Shown piece after piece: positions 28,152 through 41,050 of a DNA stretch of 64,000 nucleotides. The stretch is from Camelus ferus. Its lineage: Eukaryota. Where the stretch lies: the NCBI RefSeq assembly GCF_009834535.1, contig NC_045696.1, forward strand, positions 42,720,001 to 42,784,000, given 5' to 3'. Under the pieces are notes generated by a model. It had not been told where the DNA came from and did not search any database. It saw only the letters and a program-made list of their open reading frames with translations. Within the stretch, counting starts at the first letter, position 1. Each line of letters begins with the position of its first letter. The position numbers and the translations under genes were made by a program.

Positions 28152-28508
28152 TGTTATGGACTGAATGTGTGTGTTCCCCCAAAATTTATATGTTGAAGCA
28201 TTAACTACACCCCAGTGTGGTTAGGAAGTGGAGCCTTTGGGAGATAGTTAAATTTAGATGAAGTCACGAGGGTGGGATCTTCATGATGGAATTAATGCCC
28301 TTATATAAAGAGACCAGAAATCTTCCTTACCCCAACCCACCCCTCCACCATGTGAGGACACAGAAGGCAGCCATCTGCAAGCCAGGAAGAGAACCCTCAC
28401 TAGAACCTCACTGTGCTGGCATCTTGACCTCGAACTTCCAAGTGTCCAAAACTGTGAGAAGTAAATGTCTGTCTCTAGTATCTCATTAGATCAGCCTGAG
28501 CTAAGACA
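28152..28508 (+). mobile_element. MaLR LTR (MLT1A0-like)
   Basis: Starts 'tgttatggactgaatgtgtgtgttcccccaaaatttatatgttgaa' and ends 'gagctaagaca'. Internal match 'ccatgtgaggacacagaaggcagccatctgcaagccaggaagaga'. Confidence 0.88.
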
Positions 28509-28573
28509 TTCCCCCATCTTTTTATATCAAGCCAGACTTCAATGCCTAATTCAAGTATCATCTTTCTTTATGT

Positions 28574-28595
28574 ATGTGTGTGTGTGTGTGTGTGT
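28574..28595. repeat. (TG)n microsatellite
   Basis: Seen directly in the sequence. Confidence 0.9.
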
Positions 28596-28864
28596 ACAAA
28601 ATCGGCAGACTCTATTTTTAGACAGAGGTACATAAGAATGCATTCTCCCTATAAAAGTTGTGAGAAATATAAAAAGTAAAATACGACACCAACCCTCCCT
28701 GCCCTCACAGAGTCCTCAAGCCAGGCGTAAACACTATCATTTCAACACTATCGAGTGTTAACTCTCAGTCCTTTTTCTATGAAAATGCCAGGTCTAGTCC
28801 TTTCTCTTACGGTTATTTCTCCTGCTGTTTGCACACAGCCCTTTGTTACATTTTGTTTAATACT

Positions 28865-29056
28865 CAGAAGTGGCTTTACAGCAAACTAATGAAGCTCGGT
28901 TTTCAGGAACACTTTCTTGCACAGACTAATTTCAACACTCTGGGAGTTTTATATATATAGTTTTATATATTTCCAATTTGGGCGAGTTCTTGTTTTTTTA
29001 AGTGCTCTGTAAATTTCATGAGTTTCAAGGCCCCACAAAGCCTGGAAATGCCCCTG
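28865..29056 (+). mobile_element. hAT MITE (MER53-like)
   Basis: Starts 'cagaagtggctttacagcaaactaatgaagct' and ends 'ggccccacaaagcctggaaatgcccctg'. Confidence 0.55.
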
Positions 29057-29487
29057 CTTATGCCATATTTATTTAAATACATGACAGTCTTCCCCATTAG
29101 AATGGAAAGTGTTTTCTTGACTTTTTTCCCCCCTGCAACAAAATGTGTAGATCATCAACTTGCTCATAGTGGGTGTGTGATAAATTGAGGATTAAATGAG
29201 CTTCAGTCGTACCAAAGATTGCTTGCTAGAGTCAGAGCTTCCACCAGGAGCAGAGAATGTAAGTACATCACAGCTTGGATGTTTTGTTTTCCCTTTCGTG
29301 TAATGTGCATCGATAAGTAAATTCTAACATGTTAGTTTTGTTTTTCACCTACATAATAATCACATTCTAACCAGTATATATTGAATTCCTACATTAAGTA
29401 GGGAACAAAAAAACCCTCTGACTTCTAATACTTCAGGAAGACCAGGTTAGATTTCTAGCTCTTCAGTCCGTGAGACTTTCTCGAAAG

Positions 29488-29699
29488 TAGTGTTGTCCAA
29501 TAGAAATTCATGAGGCGATGGAAATGTTCTGTAACATCTGTGCTGTCCAGTATGGTAGCCACTAGCTACATGTGGTGACTGAGCTCTTGACGTGTGACTA
29601 GTGTGACTGAGAAGCTGAATTTAAAATTCTGTTTAATCGTAATTACTTTACATTTCAATATCCACCCATGGCTAGTAGCTACCATATTGGACAGTGCAG
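29488..29699 (+). mobile_element. MER3 (hAT-Charlie MITE)
   Basis: Near full-length match to the recalled MER3 consensus with inverted ends. The flanks ctcgaaag / ctctagag fit a degenerate 8-bp NTCTAGAN-type TSD. Confidence 0.9.
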
Positions 29700-31809
29700 C
29701 TCTAGAGGGTTATGAACAATGCGATTCATTTGGGGAGGGTTTAACTAAATGAATCAGTACATCAGTTATAATACATGATGAAGGCTCAAGTTTGGACAAT
29801 ATTATAGTCCGCTCTCCTAGCAGCAAATTTATAGACCATGTTTAGCTGCATGGAAACTTGAAAAAGGAAATCAACACACAGCAATGCAACGAATTGAAAA
29901 GGCAATTTCAAAGGAAATGGAAATAACATTTCAGTTTTTAAAAAGAGCTATGCTAAATTGAAGACAGGAGGGAAGGAAATTATTTCAAAGGTGAAAAGAG
30001 CCAAGAATCCACAGTAACAATCTCCCTTTCTCTCGCTGAGCTAGAGAACAGAAGCAGAACAAAAGAGAGAAATTAAGAAGACCTGTGGGTATGCCAGAGA
30101 TCTCATTGTTTCACTGTGTGCACGTATTTATTTGGGTAGGGAGAAGTAGATATGAGCCAACAGGGCCCTATGGCTTAAAACATGAGTACCACCGTTATCC
30201 CCCAAACCTCCAGAAGTGGCAAATTGGACTATTTACTTTGTAGCATGACAGGGCAAATGTTTCAAATGATCTACTGACTATGGTCAGCGCTCCAAAGTTA
30301 CTGTTCTAATGCTGGTTAAAAAATAAAAACACAGACGAAAATATCCTAGAATCTCATTCTGTAATTCTTTGTGGCAGGTTATGAATATAAATTCTTTGAC
30401 AAGAAGATGAAATTATACCCCCAGGATGCAAATTAAATTACTTGTCCCTGAAATACTCGTTTTGTATTAGTTTAGAAAGTGCCTGCATCTATTTCTATTT
30501 AGCACATATTTATGTTATTTCAGTGTTGATGGTGATCTTTCACATGCAGTTCTTACAACTTATTTTCACTTGTGTAGAGATTATCTGGTGACTTTTTATA
30601 TATTTATATGTTGGGCTTTAAACAGATGAATATTTCAACATGTGTTTCTAGCTGCAAAGGGGAAAAATGCAGATTTTATTGTTATACTTTAATATGTATT
30701 GGTAACATTTTATTGTTGCTTGAATCATTAAGCATTAGAAAAATCTCATTATTTGGCTACTTCTTTATGAAAGTGCACAGAGCATATCCTAAAAGCACAT
30801 AAAATTTTCTGGATGGGCTAAAAAATCATTCAACATATGCCTTGCTTCCAAAAGGATAAACAGCATGGGGATAGCAGTGATGTGTGTTTGGAATTTCTTC
30901 TTAGCTTGTGGAATAAAATGAGGGACACCTGTTAAGCATTGGGAGGCACTGAGAAGGAGGACCAAAGTTACCCAGCTGAGAGCAAGTTACCTGATGGGAT
31001 AGTGCATTTGAGTTTTATGTTTTGAAACCAACTTTCCCTTAAAAAAAAAAATCACAGCAATATGTGAGTATTAAAGAAAACTATTGCACTGGAAATTAAC
31101 TCTTGCTGCTATTTTGGCTAACTTCTTTTAAATATTTTTCTGTTTTTAGCCTTATTTTACATGTCTGTAATCATACATTTTCAATTTATTATTTCACTTA
31201 GTGTTGAAAGACTAGCGTGCCTCCAATTGCTTTATAATTTTAGAAACATTATTTTCTTAATGCTTATACACTAGTCACTAAAATCCACAATGACTGAATG
31301 ACTAACTCACAGATTCAAGAAATTTTTACCTAGTTTGAAGATTATTCAGAACTTAATGTTTGAACTTTCTCTGCTGGTGACAAATCTTTGTAAGTAGTTT
31401 AATGAGATAAAAAGATGACCTCAAATCAGTAAAATTTCTTTCTCACATATAATCTGGTTGATTGAGCTCTTTTAGAAGGAAGGCAACACTAATTTAGGAA
31501 ACTAAATCCTCAGACGCTCATTGTCGTCTCCCTAGTTCTGGAGTGTTAGAGTAAACGAGAAGCACCTGAGAAGCGTCTTCTTTGCAGGCGGAAGAGCAGA
31601 GGCCTCCTCTGGACCAGACGGGAAAGAGCCTCTCTCACCCTTCTGAGGAGGGAGCGCGGCAGAGCTTGGAAAGAGAAGCAGTAAGCTGCTGGTCTCAGTG
31701 TTTCCCAGAGGGTGCGGGCTTTTCTGAGGCACAGAAACAGGTGGTCACACCTCGCTTGAATAACATAAACAGTCTTTGCCTCAGTAGGCTAAGGAAAAAC
31801 CCAAAGCCT

Positions 31810-32480
31810 GTTAAAGATGAGATGAAACCAAAGAACGTGATTTCAAGATGTAAGAGGACGTCAACGGGATCAAATACACTAAAGATGTCGAAGAAACAGA
31901 GAAACTTCCATCAGATTCGGTAAGAACGCTGTCTTTTAATGGCCTCCAAGAGAAAAAATGTTAGTAAAATGAGGAGAATAAAAAAGTTCATGTTTCTAAT
32001 AAGATAGGAAGTAGGTGAAGATTTAATGAAGGCAGTGGATATTGATTCGTATATGGAGGGTGGACTGTAAATTATACATGGATTTTCACTGTGCAGGGTC
32101 AGGACCCTAACCCCCATGATGTTCAAAGGTCAACTGTTTATCTATATATATAAAGAGAGAGAGTTACTGAAATGGAGAGAAAAGGTAAAAGCTGGAGCTC
32201 AGGACATAGGATCAGTGAAGGAGACAATTCTGCGTGAAGAGGTGCGGAATGAGAGGCTTCAAGTGAAGGTTAGTCTCACACAGTATTTTGGGGCCTGGGA
32301 GAATCTTAAAAAGGATACGTAAAAGAGGGGCAAGTAATAGTCAGGATCCTGGTGATGCTTAATAGGATAAGCGTGTGGTGGGTCAGCTCTTCAACGATGC
32401 TCAGCCAGAGCAGAAACAAGGAAGACAGAACGCAGGAGAGGTGGAGGGGTGAGAGCCAATTTGCAGTGCTTTGATGACTG
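31810..32480 (-). mobile_element. L2 fragment(s) interrupted by a Tigger2-type MITE fragment (~32040-32138)
   Basis: L2-like 'gtgatttcaagatgtaagaggacgtcaacgggatcaaatac'. Tigger2 end 'cctaacccccatgatgttcaaaggtcaactgt'. Confidence 0.55.
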
Positions 32481-33597
32481 GCCTAAACAACTCGGCGTAT
32501 ACTGTTAATTAGGGCACTGAAGTTTCACGTGTTATCCTTTATCACATCTCACACATAAGAAGGTGAGAAAATTTAGAATTGAAAGAGTGTAAGCTCTAAT
32601 CTTATAATTTTATTTTGTATATAGATTCCTGTTATCTCCAGAGTTTATATATATGTATATATTTATTATCTCTAGAGTTTATAATATATATTATTATTTA
32701 CCTGATATAGATAATATATCTCAGATGTTATATAATATATGACAGATATATCATATATATCAGATATTATATAACATCTGAATCTCAAAAAGGACTCACT
32801 TGAGAACCTAAGAGCATTCATTGGCTTTGAGTTCAGAAGTACCTGTACTGGAATTTGGGCTGTCGCTAATTAGCTAGTCAGGTAAATTGACGAACTGCAG
32901 CCTTAGTGCCCTTGAGCGTAAAACAGATCATGCTCAACTTGCTGGTTTTTTAGGATTAAAAGTCATATAACAGTACTAATACTGTTTAGAATATAGAAGA
33001 TGTTTAATCAGCTATTTAATGCTATTTTATACAGACATACATGGAAAAATCTAAAAATCCTTAGTATACTTTTGATATTCCTACCTGACTGAAATGTTGT
33101 TAACTAGTTCTAAGAACTGCTTTTTTCCTTCACTTTTACATTCAATAAATGATACATTTGAGAGATTTCCTTTGGGTTTCACAGTAAATTGGCAAAGTAA
33201 TGATTTTACATTTGGTTCTATTCTTAATGTCTAATGGAAGTAAAATAACTTCTAGATTATTTCAACTGCACTGAAAACATAAATAGCAGTAGTTTGCCAG
33301 CTGCAAAATTGATGCTGAAGTTACTTCAATGGCACACAGGATGTTGAATGCCCATAATCACAAGCCAATTCAGTGCTGACACTTGGCTGAAAACATGAGT
33401 TAATGTTTTAAAGTAAGTAAAAGTGAAATAGCATCTCTCCTTTAAAGTAGTCTGTTAGATTGCAGTGTAGGATCTTTGAATAAGCACGTAAAGTTAGTTA
33501 CATGATTTGTATCAGTTCCAGAGTCCCTTCTCCTGTTCTTCGCCAGAACCCCACCCTATGTGTATTTTAAGGATCATTTACCTATAAGGTGCTTAAC

Positions 33598-33616
33598 TAG
33601 CCTCTAGATGGCACTT
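33598..33616 (+). promoter_or_regulatory. Candidate CTCF binding site
   Basis: TAGCCTCTAGATGGCACTT closely fits the CTCF core consensus. Binding is not demonstrated. Confidence 0.5.
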
Positions 33617-34899
33617 TGACATTCTTGGTGATTCTATTAGTGGTTTGTTCTCTCCATGGACAGACTTGTAGGTGACACAGGACATATATCCCACTTTCTC
33701 AAGTGAATTAACACTTTATAGGCAAAATTCATATATTTCAAATATATGCTAAATCTTGGAATATCATGTAAATTGAGCTTCCCCTCCCTCCATGAAAACT
33801 GGGCAGTAGTGGAAAAGTTACTTAATTTTAACACTAACCATTCTATCTCCTCCATAAATGTTCTGGTATCTCACAGATAACCACAAAAGAACCAAAGGCA
33901 AAAAGTTTTATTGGAGCATTTCTTTTGGTTAGAGAACATCCGTCAGGATCTTTCTGTTTACGTGTCCTCAGCGGCACTCCAGAGTGTCACGCTTGTCACC
34001 AAGGCTGCTGCATCGAGAGTCACAGCTTTGCTTTCATTTGGTTAATGAAACACTTAGATTATGCATGTGAGCTGTTCCTGTTAATTTCATTATTGACATC
34101 CAGGCTGTGAATGCCATCTCTGCTTCTACTCCTTCTATGTGTCATCTTTCAAGTGAAACCAATAGTACCTCTTTCCTCTTGTGATCCTAAAAGTCCATAA
34201 TCCAGTGAGAAATAATGGGTAGAAATCCACTTATACAGACCAGCCTGTACTCAGCTTTTTGTCCCTTCCCCTGCTTTCATTTTATTTCCTCCTCAAATAC
34301 AGATATAACTTAAAGTGGAGGAAATTAAGGTTGAAACTGATATTGAAGCTTTTTTTGCACAAATTTTCTTGCTTAACAAACCATCTTCTTCTGTATGAAA
34401 ACCTCTGTTTTCGCTTCTGCCTTTACTCCAGATCCTGTCGCTTCTCACTGCTGCAGGAACTTGGCAAGATTGTGAATCCTTTTCTCCATCATTTATCTTT
34501 AGCTTCTGTCGTTTTTACTAGCTCTTGGTCTGTAACATTATTCAGTCTTTCTCATGCTAAGGAACAACAAAGCAAGCTCTTCCTAAATTTCGTTTTTCCT
34601 TCTCATTACGTTTTATCTTCTTTCTAACAAAGCCTCGGTGCTGGGAAAATAAGGTATAGTTGCTATCTGGAGTCCTTCACTTTCCATTAATTTTCAGCTT
34701 GTGAGGAGGGCGGGTATCAGAACAACAGAAAGCTTATTTTAAAACACACATTTCCTCTGACAGATTGCCTTTTGACATTTCTTTTGGGAAAGGGGTGCTT
34801 CAACTTTGAAAAATGCTCCCTAGCTGATTTCCATGTGAGAATCACTATGTTAACACAGTGCCTCACAGTTAACATTCACTGTTCTCCAGAATCTCCCCA

Positions 34900-35420
34900 C
34901 GAAGATGGCTCCCAACTGGCAAACTCCAGTGCCACTCTCCAGCCCTACCTTAGTTGAGCTCCCTGAAGCCTTTGAACTTGTTGACCTTGGCTTCTTTGTA
35001 ATCCTTTTCACCCAAGCTTCCTCTGTAGCACTTCCTTCTTTTCTGTTTACTACTTGCTGGCCACTGCTGTTCCTCCAGCCTCTCCTCTCTCTCTCTCTCT
35101 CACTCTCCTTAAAGAGTTTTGTGTTTGCACAAATTTTCAGCTCACTATATACACCAACAAGTCTCAGAAACATCTATCCAGGCCACATCTCCTTCCTGGG
35201 TCCTAGATAAATACATGTTACTGCTTCATGCACCTGCAACTTGGAAACTCATCCAAGTCCTGCTCAAATTTCAAATTCTTTTGCTTCAATATTTTAATTA
35301 TTTACCTGACTATTCTTTCTACTAGTCTGTGAACTCTTGAAAAACTAGAGAAACTCGGTTACATTTATTCTCATATTTCCAGTACCTTACACTATACTGA
35401 ATGAAGGATCGAATATTTGA
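34900..35420 (+). mobile_element. L2 fragments
   Basis: 'tttgaacttgttgacc...atccaggccacatctccttcctggg...tagtctgtgaactcttga...tatttccagtacct'. Confidence 0.5.
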
Positions 35421-35751
35421 TACAAAAATAATTCACAACCATCTGTGTGAATACACTGTATGTAAACTCTCTATAGAATGGTCACATTAACACAGACATT
35501 TCTATAGAATTCTTAATTAACTGAGAAGTAACGTAAGAATGTTCTGTGAGGTAAATTATGAAGGGACAGTTTAGTGGAATTTTTCAGGGCATATTCATGA
35601 GTTATAACTGCTGAAAATACTTTCCCGCTCATCTAGAATATGTTGAGTTGTTTCATGACAACCGTAGATAGTATTAGGCGCTCCGAGTATCTGTAAGCTT
35701 CTTATGGAGGAAGAAAAACAAGTTAAATTGAAGCAGTTTTAGAGTCTGACA

Positions 35752-35870
35752 TAGGGATCAGCAAACTACAACGAATGCTGACAGGACAAATGTGGCCCGT
35801 GGCTTGTTTGTGTAGGGCTAACAAGCTAAGAATGGTTTTTACATTTTTAAAGGGTTGTTTAAAAAAAGTA
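35752..35870 (+). mobile_element. MER58-like hAT-Charlie fragment
   Basis: 'agggatcagcaaactac...agctaagaatggtttttacatttttaaagggttgt'. Confidence 0.75.
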
Positions 35871-35987
35871 GAAGAAAGAGGAGGAGGAGGGGGAGATTGA
35901 AGAGGAGGAGGGGGTGACTGAAGAGGAAGGAGGGAGAAGAGGGAACAGATCTTTAAACTGGTCACGTTCAGCAATGTCACCTGAGAG

Positions 35988-35989
<2 letters not shown>

Positions 35990-36027
<38 letters not shown>
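35990..36027. repeat. (TA)n microsatellite
   Basis: Seen directly in the sequence. Confidence 0.95.
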
Positions 36028-36030
<3 letters not shown>

Positions 36031-39000
36031 CACATTCATTTCGTTCACAGCCCAAATCAAAATGATAAATACATATCTACTTATCAGCTCCATCAAGTAA
36101 TTAAATCCATAACCTTTCCTGTTAGATATCAGATCTATCTAAAATACACCAGTCTTTCTCGTACTGAACAGAAGTCACCAAGACATTCTATTTTAGTATC
36201 TAATAAAATCTGGGAAAATACTTAAGGCCTTCTGCTTTTTAAGAGTGTCTGTACATATGCAAGTTATTTATCAATTAGAATTGAATTATTATCATTGAAA
36301 ACATTATAATGTATATCTGGTCAAATAAACAAAAAATTTACTGTAAAATTTATTTCAGATGTTTTACCAGCCATTCAGTAATTAAATTTACTTATTCCTA
36401 ATTTTGACATTCACAAGATGTATGATGTACGTTTTTAAAAAATTACTTATTTTCACAAACTAGAAACTGAGATTGAGCCAAGATTCATAGGATATCCTGT
36501 GGAGTGTAGGCACACATATCATGGAACTGATGCCTTTTCGGCTGATTTCATACAGTACCGAATGGCCTGAGTGAGGTTTAGGGGAGTGGTTTGGGGAAGA
36601 CTTACCTTTGGCAGCCTCCTCTGTTGTCTAAGTCATTAGGCCCTCAGGGAATTGCTCAGGTACCCCAACAGCTGTGTTTCTGTTGTGCATCAAGCCTACA
36701 CCTGCATTTTCCCTCTGTTTACTTACATGCTGCTTGTTGCAGTGCTAACTGAGGACTATGGCAGGAGAAGAGGCCAAGGAGGCATGTGATGGCAGATTCA
36801 GGATCTCTGGCTCTACCCTCACCTTCTCTAGGCATCCCTCAATTTGCCCCATCACTGTCATGGCCATATGGTCCCAGGGCTAACACTCTAGACTGAAGAA
36901 CTGTATTTGATGATGACTTACATCGTTTGTAGAGGAAGGAGAAAGAAATACACCATTCTTCCTTGTCCTCCTTTTGCCTGGAGGCCAGTAGGTCTACTGG
37001 TGGCACACTTGCTTTGAGATTTAGGTAGATTAAAATTTGTAAATGATTATATAAAATGACAGGTAAGTTATATGAACCTAACTATAAACAAACACTAAAG
37101 ATGATCATCCCGTTCTAGAATTATGACAAGGACAACAAAAATGGGGGTTTGAAGCTGAATTTAAAATGAATGTAGAATTCAGGCTGGGAATATTTCAGGC
37201 AGGTGTGTTATGTATAGAACAACTGCAAATGAAACTCACCAAATTGAAATCATGACAAAATTGAACTTGTTTGATCGTTGAAGGTTTTGTTACATAGGAA
37301 GTACACAAAAAGACTCGTGGGTTTATCAAAGGGAAAGCGAGAAATACCAAGTGAGGGCAGAATGATTCACTAGGACTAGGAGTAGAAATAGCAGAATCTA
37401 AGTTTAAATATGACCTATGTATCAGCTGTATAGAATTTCAGAATCAAAAGAAGACACTCAGCACAAGCTTCTAGATTACATGCAGAAATTTGTGGAATAG
37501 GATTATTTACCTTTATCAGGAATAAGCATTTTCATAGTAAAGTATTTGAAATACTTGAAATAATATTAACTTCCAACCCCCAGATGCATTGCAATTGGTC
37601 ACCTAAGAACTTTCTGGAAGAGATGGTTTACACTTGATCACATGCGAAATAATAGTTGAATTGTTGAAATCAAATGTAATCTTAATGACTATTAGTCTGT
37701 TATACTGCCTGGTAAAAATCTTTAGCACTCTGAGTGTGAAATAAAGTAATTCTCAAGGCTTTAGCAAACAAGATTTCTTTCCAAGGTTCGTAGGAAGGTT
37801 ACAAAAATCCTAAAAGGGCTTTGAAAATTATTGACTCAAATAGAAAATTCATGAAAGCTGTGATCAAACCAAATTAAATAGGTCCAACTCAACTTAGCAT
37901 TAGAAAAGATTTTCCAAAATACTTCTCAAGTGAAGTAATACACAGGCAACAACTTTGTATACAAAATCACTCAGGTGCCTCTGGAAATCAGTTACTTTGA
38001 AGTGCAAAGCCAAATCTTCCAATGCATACATATATTATTTGAAAATCACAGATAGGATGTCCGAGTGTGGCAGAATAATAATAAAAAAAAAAAAAAGCCA
38101 GAGTTTTAGAAAATGGGTAAGGCTTCATAATTATTTTAACCACTGGTGAGTATGAATTCATATGTATCCTTAAATATTGATAGTCACAGGAAGTTTTGTT
38201 AATTTCCCTTATTGGGAAATATATATATTAAATATATATACAAAATTCACTTAATATATATGTCATTCAAATTATTCCAAATAATTGAATTTTTTTATCT
38301 TTTCTATAATGAAGTTGTTTTTGGAAAAAAAATCTAAGAATTGGCAAGGATGGTGAGGAATGGTGGTGATGGGTGAGAATACAGGAAAAGCAATAAAGGA
38401 AATATTTATGATAAGGAGTATTATAATTACTTAATCATCAAATCAGAGAAAACTCATGCCGAAAAAGTTTTGAGAAATGTCAGCTAGACTATCTTCTCTG
38501 TCATTAGGCAAACTTAGTTGAGAAAAACAGCCCACGGTCCTTCTAAAGACTAGCAGATAAAGAGATTTTCCAGATAAAGGTTAGATTCAGGGCTTAACAG
38601 ACCCCTTGGTCAGCAGATTCTTCCCAATATCTAGCTTAAATCCCCTGAGCTTTAATTTAAGTGTGTTTGTCCCAGTTAGAACACAGAGAAAATAATTTGT
38701 TATAATAAAGTATAATTAAAAAAAAGCTTTAGCATAATTCCAAGAAAGAAAGAACAAGAAGAAATACTTACAGACTGAAACTATCACCTCTTTATCTTAA
38801 TCCATATACATATTTTTGTTCAACTTTTAACTCTTTTGTAAAAGCATCATTAAATTATGAAACTCCAGCATATTTTTAATAAGACATAATTTTAAGGACT
38901 ACAGTAGAGAATTTTCAGGGTTAGCATCATCGTAAAAAGGACAAACACACACATTTCAGCATACTGTGTAAATCAAAATGATCTTGAGTGAAATATAAAT

Positions 39001-40479
39001 GAAGCCATTTGAGAGTCATTGTGCTGGACTGTTAGCTAGTGTAGTCTTCCTTCCTTTTTCTGCCCTCTATTCCTTACTTTCTGAGACACTGTTGTTTAGC
39101 TTTAGTTTCTAATTGTTTTCTGAAACATTAAGTCTCAGAGAAAAAATACCAAATTGACTAGCATCCTTATCATGCTATTAATGATTACATGGGACAGATA
39201 ATTTTGTTTATGCTGGCATCACTTGAATTTTAAGGAGAGAGAATTTAGACTCAACCCTAAAGTTTGCAGTACTTTGCAGAAATTTAGTACTTACTGTTCA
39301 TGCTTTTTATTTATATATTTATTTACTTAAGCGTTTATTTTGTGACGTTTCACACAGCTTTATTTTATCTTTTGCATTTAGAAATTTAAGATCATTGAAA
39401 CATCACAGATTTTGAAACAGGAACTAAGAGTTATAAATTTTCTTATCTTTTGAGACTTGATTATGTTGATTTCCTGTGTTTTAATTTAAAGGATCATGCT
39501 AAAGCTTGCCTGGAATTTGTTAGAATTTGGGCTGTTTTCCCATGGAATTATATTTTAGAGAAGACTGGACACAGAATTTCACTGTGAAGATTGTAATATT
39601 CATTTACATACTTGGTTATTTTCACTTGCCTTTTTTAGAATTTGTCTATTGTTTTTTTAAGAAAAAAATAGTCACTGAAACATTATAGCAGTTTGAGGAA
39701 ATAAGCCTTCCACTATGTCTCATGATCTTTACTCTTAAAAAAAATAACGTTCTGTTTTATTCTCAGGCTTGTATTCTGGTAGTTTGCAATTTTGAAAAGG
39801 GCTATAAATAAATAAAAGAAAAATCAGAATAGCCGGATTTCTATTTTGAAGGAACATGAGATGCAGGGAATTTTAACATATGTTTTCATGTACTTGAAAG
39901 CATGCTGAATCAGTCCTGATAAGCTGCTGGCATTGAATTCCGGACAAGGAAGGGCAAATGCTTACTGACTGCACTGAAGTTGTATAAGGCAGTATCATGA
40001 AAGACATTGATAGAAGAATGGGAAATGCTGACATTTGATTACATGGAAATTTGTGCTACTCCAGGAAAAAAAAAACATTTTGAAGCATTTTATTTAATAG
40101 ACAATCATAGTCATGATGGACCAATCACTAAACTCTTGGTGGGGTCATCATTTGCCCACAATCCTCGGGCCTGACTGTTGAGACTAATTCTAACAGGCCA
40201 GATGCCTTCTTCTCCTTTATTGCTGTTTAGCACAATACGGTCTTTCCCAATATACACAATTTTCTTGAAGGGCTTCCAAGTCCACTGGGTCCATGTACAA
40301 TTGTGGATATCCTTTGCAAACGTTTCCAAAGGGGCTATGCCACTTTCATATAAATCAAGGGGGTAGCTGGGAACTTCGGGGGAGGAAGAAGTAAATTTAT
40401 GGAACCTCACCATCCCCAAGTCCTATCTAGTCATTACCATCTAGCCTTATGCTAACATCCAGTTTTGCTCTATTCCCAC

Positions 40480-41050
40480 TGTTGGAGGAATCCATTTTCC
40501 TCTGTTCTTTTAGGTTCTTCTCTCTGGTGTATGAATGAAATTGACATGGGACAGATTAACAGGAGAAAATCAAACAACAGTTGAATAACATGTCTGCATG
40601 GAAGAGACCCAGGAAAACTCAGTAAATCACCAAAATGGCTGAACCCCTCCTTTAAATACTATTTTCAGCTAAAGACAAAGAGGATGTTGGGGTTAGTAGT
40701 TTGGGACTTCAAAGGAAAGGAAGGCAACTGACATGGAGAAGGAAAAGCAAATGTTTGATGAACAAAATTTTGCTGGGCCCTGCAGGGAGAGTAGGACACA
40801 GAAAGGAGTTTTAACAAGCAGACTTTGTTAGGTCCTTCCTTGTCTGCGTACTTAATCCATACTCTGGTTGTCTATGGTGAGAATTCCTGTCTTGGAATAA
40901 GTCCTGTATCTGCTTTCTTTAGGCGGTTAGGAGGAAGGTCAGCATTTCTTCCTGAGTCTTTTGGGTCTTGATTTTTTTTTTTTTTTTCCAGCTCGGAAGA
41001 GTCCACATACCAAAGAGATATTTTGTGCTGGCAAATTTTGTTCCCTTACA
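40480..41050 (-). mobile_element. ERV1-class solo LTR (571 bp; MER34/MER39-like group)
   Basis: TG...CA termini and a perfect 4-bp TSD CCAC (40476-40479 / 41051-41054). Internal 'gacagattaacaggagaaaa' is typical of antisense MER4-group LTRs. Confidence 0.85.

Noticed and set aside
31532..31923. GC/CpG-richer ORFs (66 aa and 113 aa) with splice-like sites
   Set aside because: They run into L2-derived sequence, show no recognisable domain, and are too short for a CpG-island promoter.
40111..40419. 102-aa minus-strand ORF followed by AATAAA (possible retrocopy or last exon)
   Set aside because: No recognisable homology in any frame, and no poly-A tail on the correct strand or TSD. It cannot be supported without a search.
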